Positions 60,701 to 64,000 of a stretch of 64,000 nt of DNA are shown here, one piece after another. The notes beneath the pieces are model-generated. The model did no database searches. It saw only the letters and a program-made list of their open reading frames with translations, and was not told the origin of the DNA. Every line of letters begins with the position of its first letter. Within the stretch, counting starts at the first letter, position 1. This DNA is from Schmidtea polychroa (lineage: Eukaryota): NCBI GenBank assembly GCA_044892525.1, contig CM097885.1, forward strand, positions 9,984,001 through 10,048,000, given 5' to 3'. Position numbers and translations under genes: made by a program.

Positions 60701-62546
60701 TATATTAAAAGTCAGAATGCGTAGAGCATATTACACAGATATCTTTGAACTTTATCTAAGTATATGTTTTTTATTGTTGTACGGGGTATTTATATATTAT
60801 ATATATATTATATATATTATTAAAAATTATAATTACTATAATTATTATTTTATTACTGTAATGTTTAACCTCTTATGCCATAATTTATCTTTGAAATTGT
60901 ATGTCACAGTTTATTTTTAATCTTCTACATCAAAACTGATCTTTGACCTATTATACCATAGTTGACACTTAATCTAGTACCTTAATATATTATATATAGT
61001 ATGATAAAACATTACATACTATTGTAGTTTTAGTTTTGTGGGACAATTCAATGAGTATGCATCACTGTAGTATTATTTATAATGTAAAAAAAGTTACTGA
61101 AATTTTCCACTTTGAAAATATGTCATTCATTTTGACATAACATGCCGATGTATTTCTTATAGCCAGAGCGTCAGAAGTAAATGTTTGGGAGAAGGTTTGT
61201 CGAGAGAAGTATTCAAGCATAAAAAAATTCTGTGAATATATCAATTGACGTTTTAGATCCACTTATTTGAGTGAATCGGCATCTTCTCATTTAAATCAGA
61301 CAAAAAAGAAACATAGTTCCTGCCTTACAGATTTGCACACAGATTATTCATTAAGACTGTTATTGGTAGACGTTATGATTGCACAAGTATAACATTAAAA
61401 TAATAGTTTTTAATTCTTTCTACATCTGTTCACTTTCTTATTATTGAACATTTAATTGAGTTGTTTGTTTTGCTTTTACTTTTTTATATTAATTTAACAA
61501 TTTTTTTTAAATAAAATTTCTTGACTTGTCAAAAAAAATATATTTAATAAAAAAATTTTAGCTTCTTTCTTAAATCAATTATTTTATTTTATAACTTTAT
61601 GTATTTACTAGTTCTTTTTTTTACTTGGTAGATCAGTATTTATTTTATAATACCAAAGTCGATTGCAAGTTAAACCAAGTTAGCAACCCATGATTTATAT
61701 CAATTGAATTGGACAGAATGTTACTAAATGTTTTCTTGTCATAAACATTTTTTCCTAGTTACACTGTAGAATCATCATAAAATATAATATAAGTTTCATT
61801 TTTATAGTAAAAAAAATAGTAATGTGCAAACCAATCAAAATCACGCAATTGCTTTGCTAAGAAGTCGAATTTATTTTAAATTAATTTTTCCATTTGAAAC
61901 ATATAATAATTTTTTAGATGTAATTGCTAATGAATTTTTAACACATATGTATACTGATGTATATAATGTAAATGTATATAATGTAATGTATATAATGTAA
62001 ATTATTGGATATTTGATGAGAAAAATTCTTATATATAACAAATGTTGGTCAACTCAAAATAAATTTCTTTTGAAAAGCATTATATTCGAGTTTGATAAGC
62101 ATAGTAGCGTTCTGTGAATTAAGAAAATTTGCTGAAAATGAGGAAAATGATTTAAATATTTCGGCGATTTAAGATAAATATTATCTCAACTGCGATAGTA
62201 AAATTCGCCAGTTATGGTCAAACGAAAATTGTGTAATTGTTATAATTATTATTATTATTATTTTATATTTTTAAAATTTAAAATTTAATTTCATAGAAAA
62301 TCATTTTTATTATTTGTTTAACTATTACTAAAATATAATTATCGAATATTAGTTTTAACCAACAAACCCAATGAAACAAAACCATGGAATTATAATCAAT
62401 AAATCTATAAACTTAGTCATGCATGATTTGAAATCAAATTTTAGATTAAATATGGCATTATACGAAATATATACACCAATTACGAATTACGTCGTATTAT
62501 TTTATTGAAGCACATAATGATGTATATTTTCATATATAATTATATG

Positions 62547-62606
<60 letters not shown>

Positions 62607-62615
62607 TAGATCATA

Positions 62616-62820
62616 TTTATTAAAAAGCTTGACTATGAATCACTAAATATATCGATTTTTGATGTTCACCTGAAAAAGGCAGTGCCAAAAATTCGTGAAT
62701 ATCAAAAACATCGAAATATATATATATATATATATATATATACTGATTCAACGTCAAGCTTTTTAATAAATACAATGTCAATGGAATAGAAATCAGTGGT
62801 GAAATTTTGAAAAAAGGTTT
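62616..62820 (+). repeat. Family A fold-back repeat with hammerhead-like apex, next to (AAT)n
   Basis: TTCAC-CTGAAAAA-GGC-AGT-GCC-AAAA-ATTC-GTGAA (62665-62699) within long inverted arms. Confidence 0.75.
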
Positions 62821-63252
62821 TTTTAACATTATAGATTATGAAAATAGATTTTATTATATTAAGGAATACATGTCAGAATAATTTTTTACGATTATAAGGA
62901 ATAATTTCTATGATAAATAAATTATAATATCTATGTTATGATAATAATATAGAATTTTATAAGAATAATAATAATAATAATTTATAATTGTTAATAGTTT
63001 ACTATAAATACTTAAAGGGCATTTGTTTTCATAATGATAGAAATATAACTGATTGTAAGTAGTTTAAATTTTATAACCAGATTTGTGCTCATAACTGATT
63101 AATTTATATCCTCGATTATGTTCGAGATTGAATGTGAAACTTGAATCTTAGACATTGTTATTCATTATTTATTCTAAGTTTCAAGTTTTATTGATCTCTT
63201 AAAAGCACAGACATACATAAAATCGAATTATGATTATATTTAATTACACAAA

Positions 63253-63718
63253 TTCACTTGAAAGAGGCAGCCCTCAAAATTTGTGAGTATCGAAAACATC
63301 GATATATTACTGATTTAGTCTTCAAGCTCCCTTTTTAATATATTACAATATAAACATTAATAATATAAACATCACAAGCTTTTTGATACCCAGTGCAAAT
63401 CTCAATAGTAGACTAGTTTCGAGCTTTTGACTTTCATTAGTATTATGCAGGAGACGTGAAGATTTATCTTCGCGACAGGTAAGTACACACTATTGCTGAT
63501 TGAGCTTTATTGCATAATTTACTTGAACACTAAAAATCACATTATTTGCTTATTAGCTTGGTCACAGAACATTTGTAAACTTGTAAATAGGGCGTATGAA
63601 AAATCATAATCACCTCTGCTGCCTAAAAGATTAGTCGATACACAGAAGCGGTTTACAAGTGCATCCGATTACTTTTAGCATTTTAACTTATGAAGTAATG
63701 GTGTAAAAATATCTTTTT
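63253..63718. repeat. Adjacent family A (+) and family B (-) repeats, each with a hammerhead-like motif
   Basis: Family A core at 63253-63287; family B motif at 63405-63446 on the minus strand. Confidence 0.75.
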
Positions 63719-63741
63719 ATAAATAATAATAATAATAATCA

Positions 63742-64000
63742 AATGGGGAGTAGAAAGTGTGTGTTTAAAATTAAATGAGATTGATTTTATCATTACAAAA
63801 TTCTCATTTATAAATAAGCTAACAGGTCAAATCTATATCTCAACACCATCATCTTTTAAGGTCAAAAAAGCAATTGTGAACATCCAAAACACTGGCCATA
63901 TGTGTTTCATATATAATGTATTTTCAAGTAGTTCGCACACATAGAAATCGCGTTAACTCATACTCAAATTACTTAAGTAAACTAAAGTATGATCCATTTA
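63742..64000 (+). pseudogene. pPolB fragment related to the inner Polinton
   Basis: EIDFIITKF..NKL.G..YI.TPSS.K.K.AIVN..NT..MCFIY and HRNRVNSY.NYL..L.YDP align to the inner pPolB at ~35780-36020. Confidence 0.88.

Overview
Very AT-rich eukaryotic, most likely invertebrate, genomic DNA with long (AAT)n tracts and ~45-bp introns; the host species cannot be determined from the sequence. The only clear host gene is a single-exon AMPA/kainate-type glutamate receptor (5853-8420, minus strand). The window is dominated by two different Polinton/Maverick (adintovirus-like) endogenous viruses, one inside the other. The inner element (23854-40969) looks intact. It has AGTAGT...ACTACT ends, ~1.8-2.0 kb TIRs, a perfect 6-bp TSD (TGATGT), pPolB, integrase, packaging ATPase, major and minor capsid, protease, a TBP-like gene and several spliced genes. 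It sits inside the PLA2-fused integrase of an older, decaying Polinton (at least 20448-51304, possibly to 51974). That outer element carries an array of tRNA-like Pol III units near its ends. The flanks hold relics of the inner family, piggyBac/hAT/Chapaev-like remnants and dispersed repeats with minimal hammerhead-ribozyme motifs of the Penelope-like type. All calls come from reading the sequence by eye; no database searches were run.
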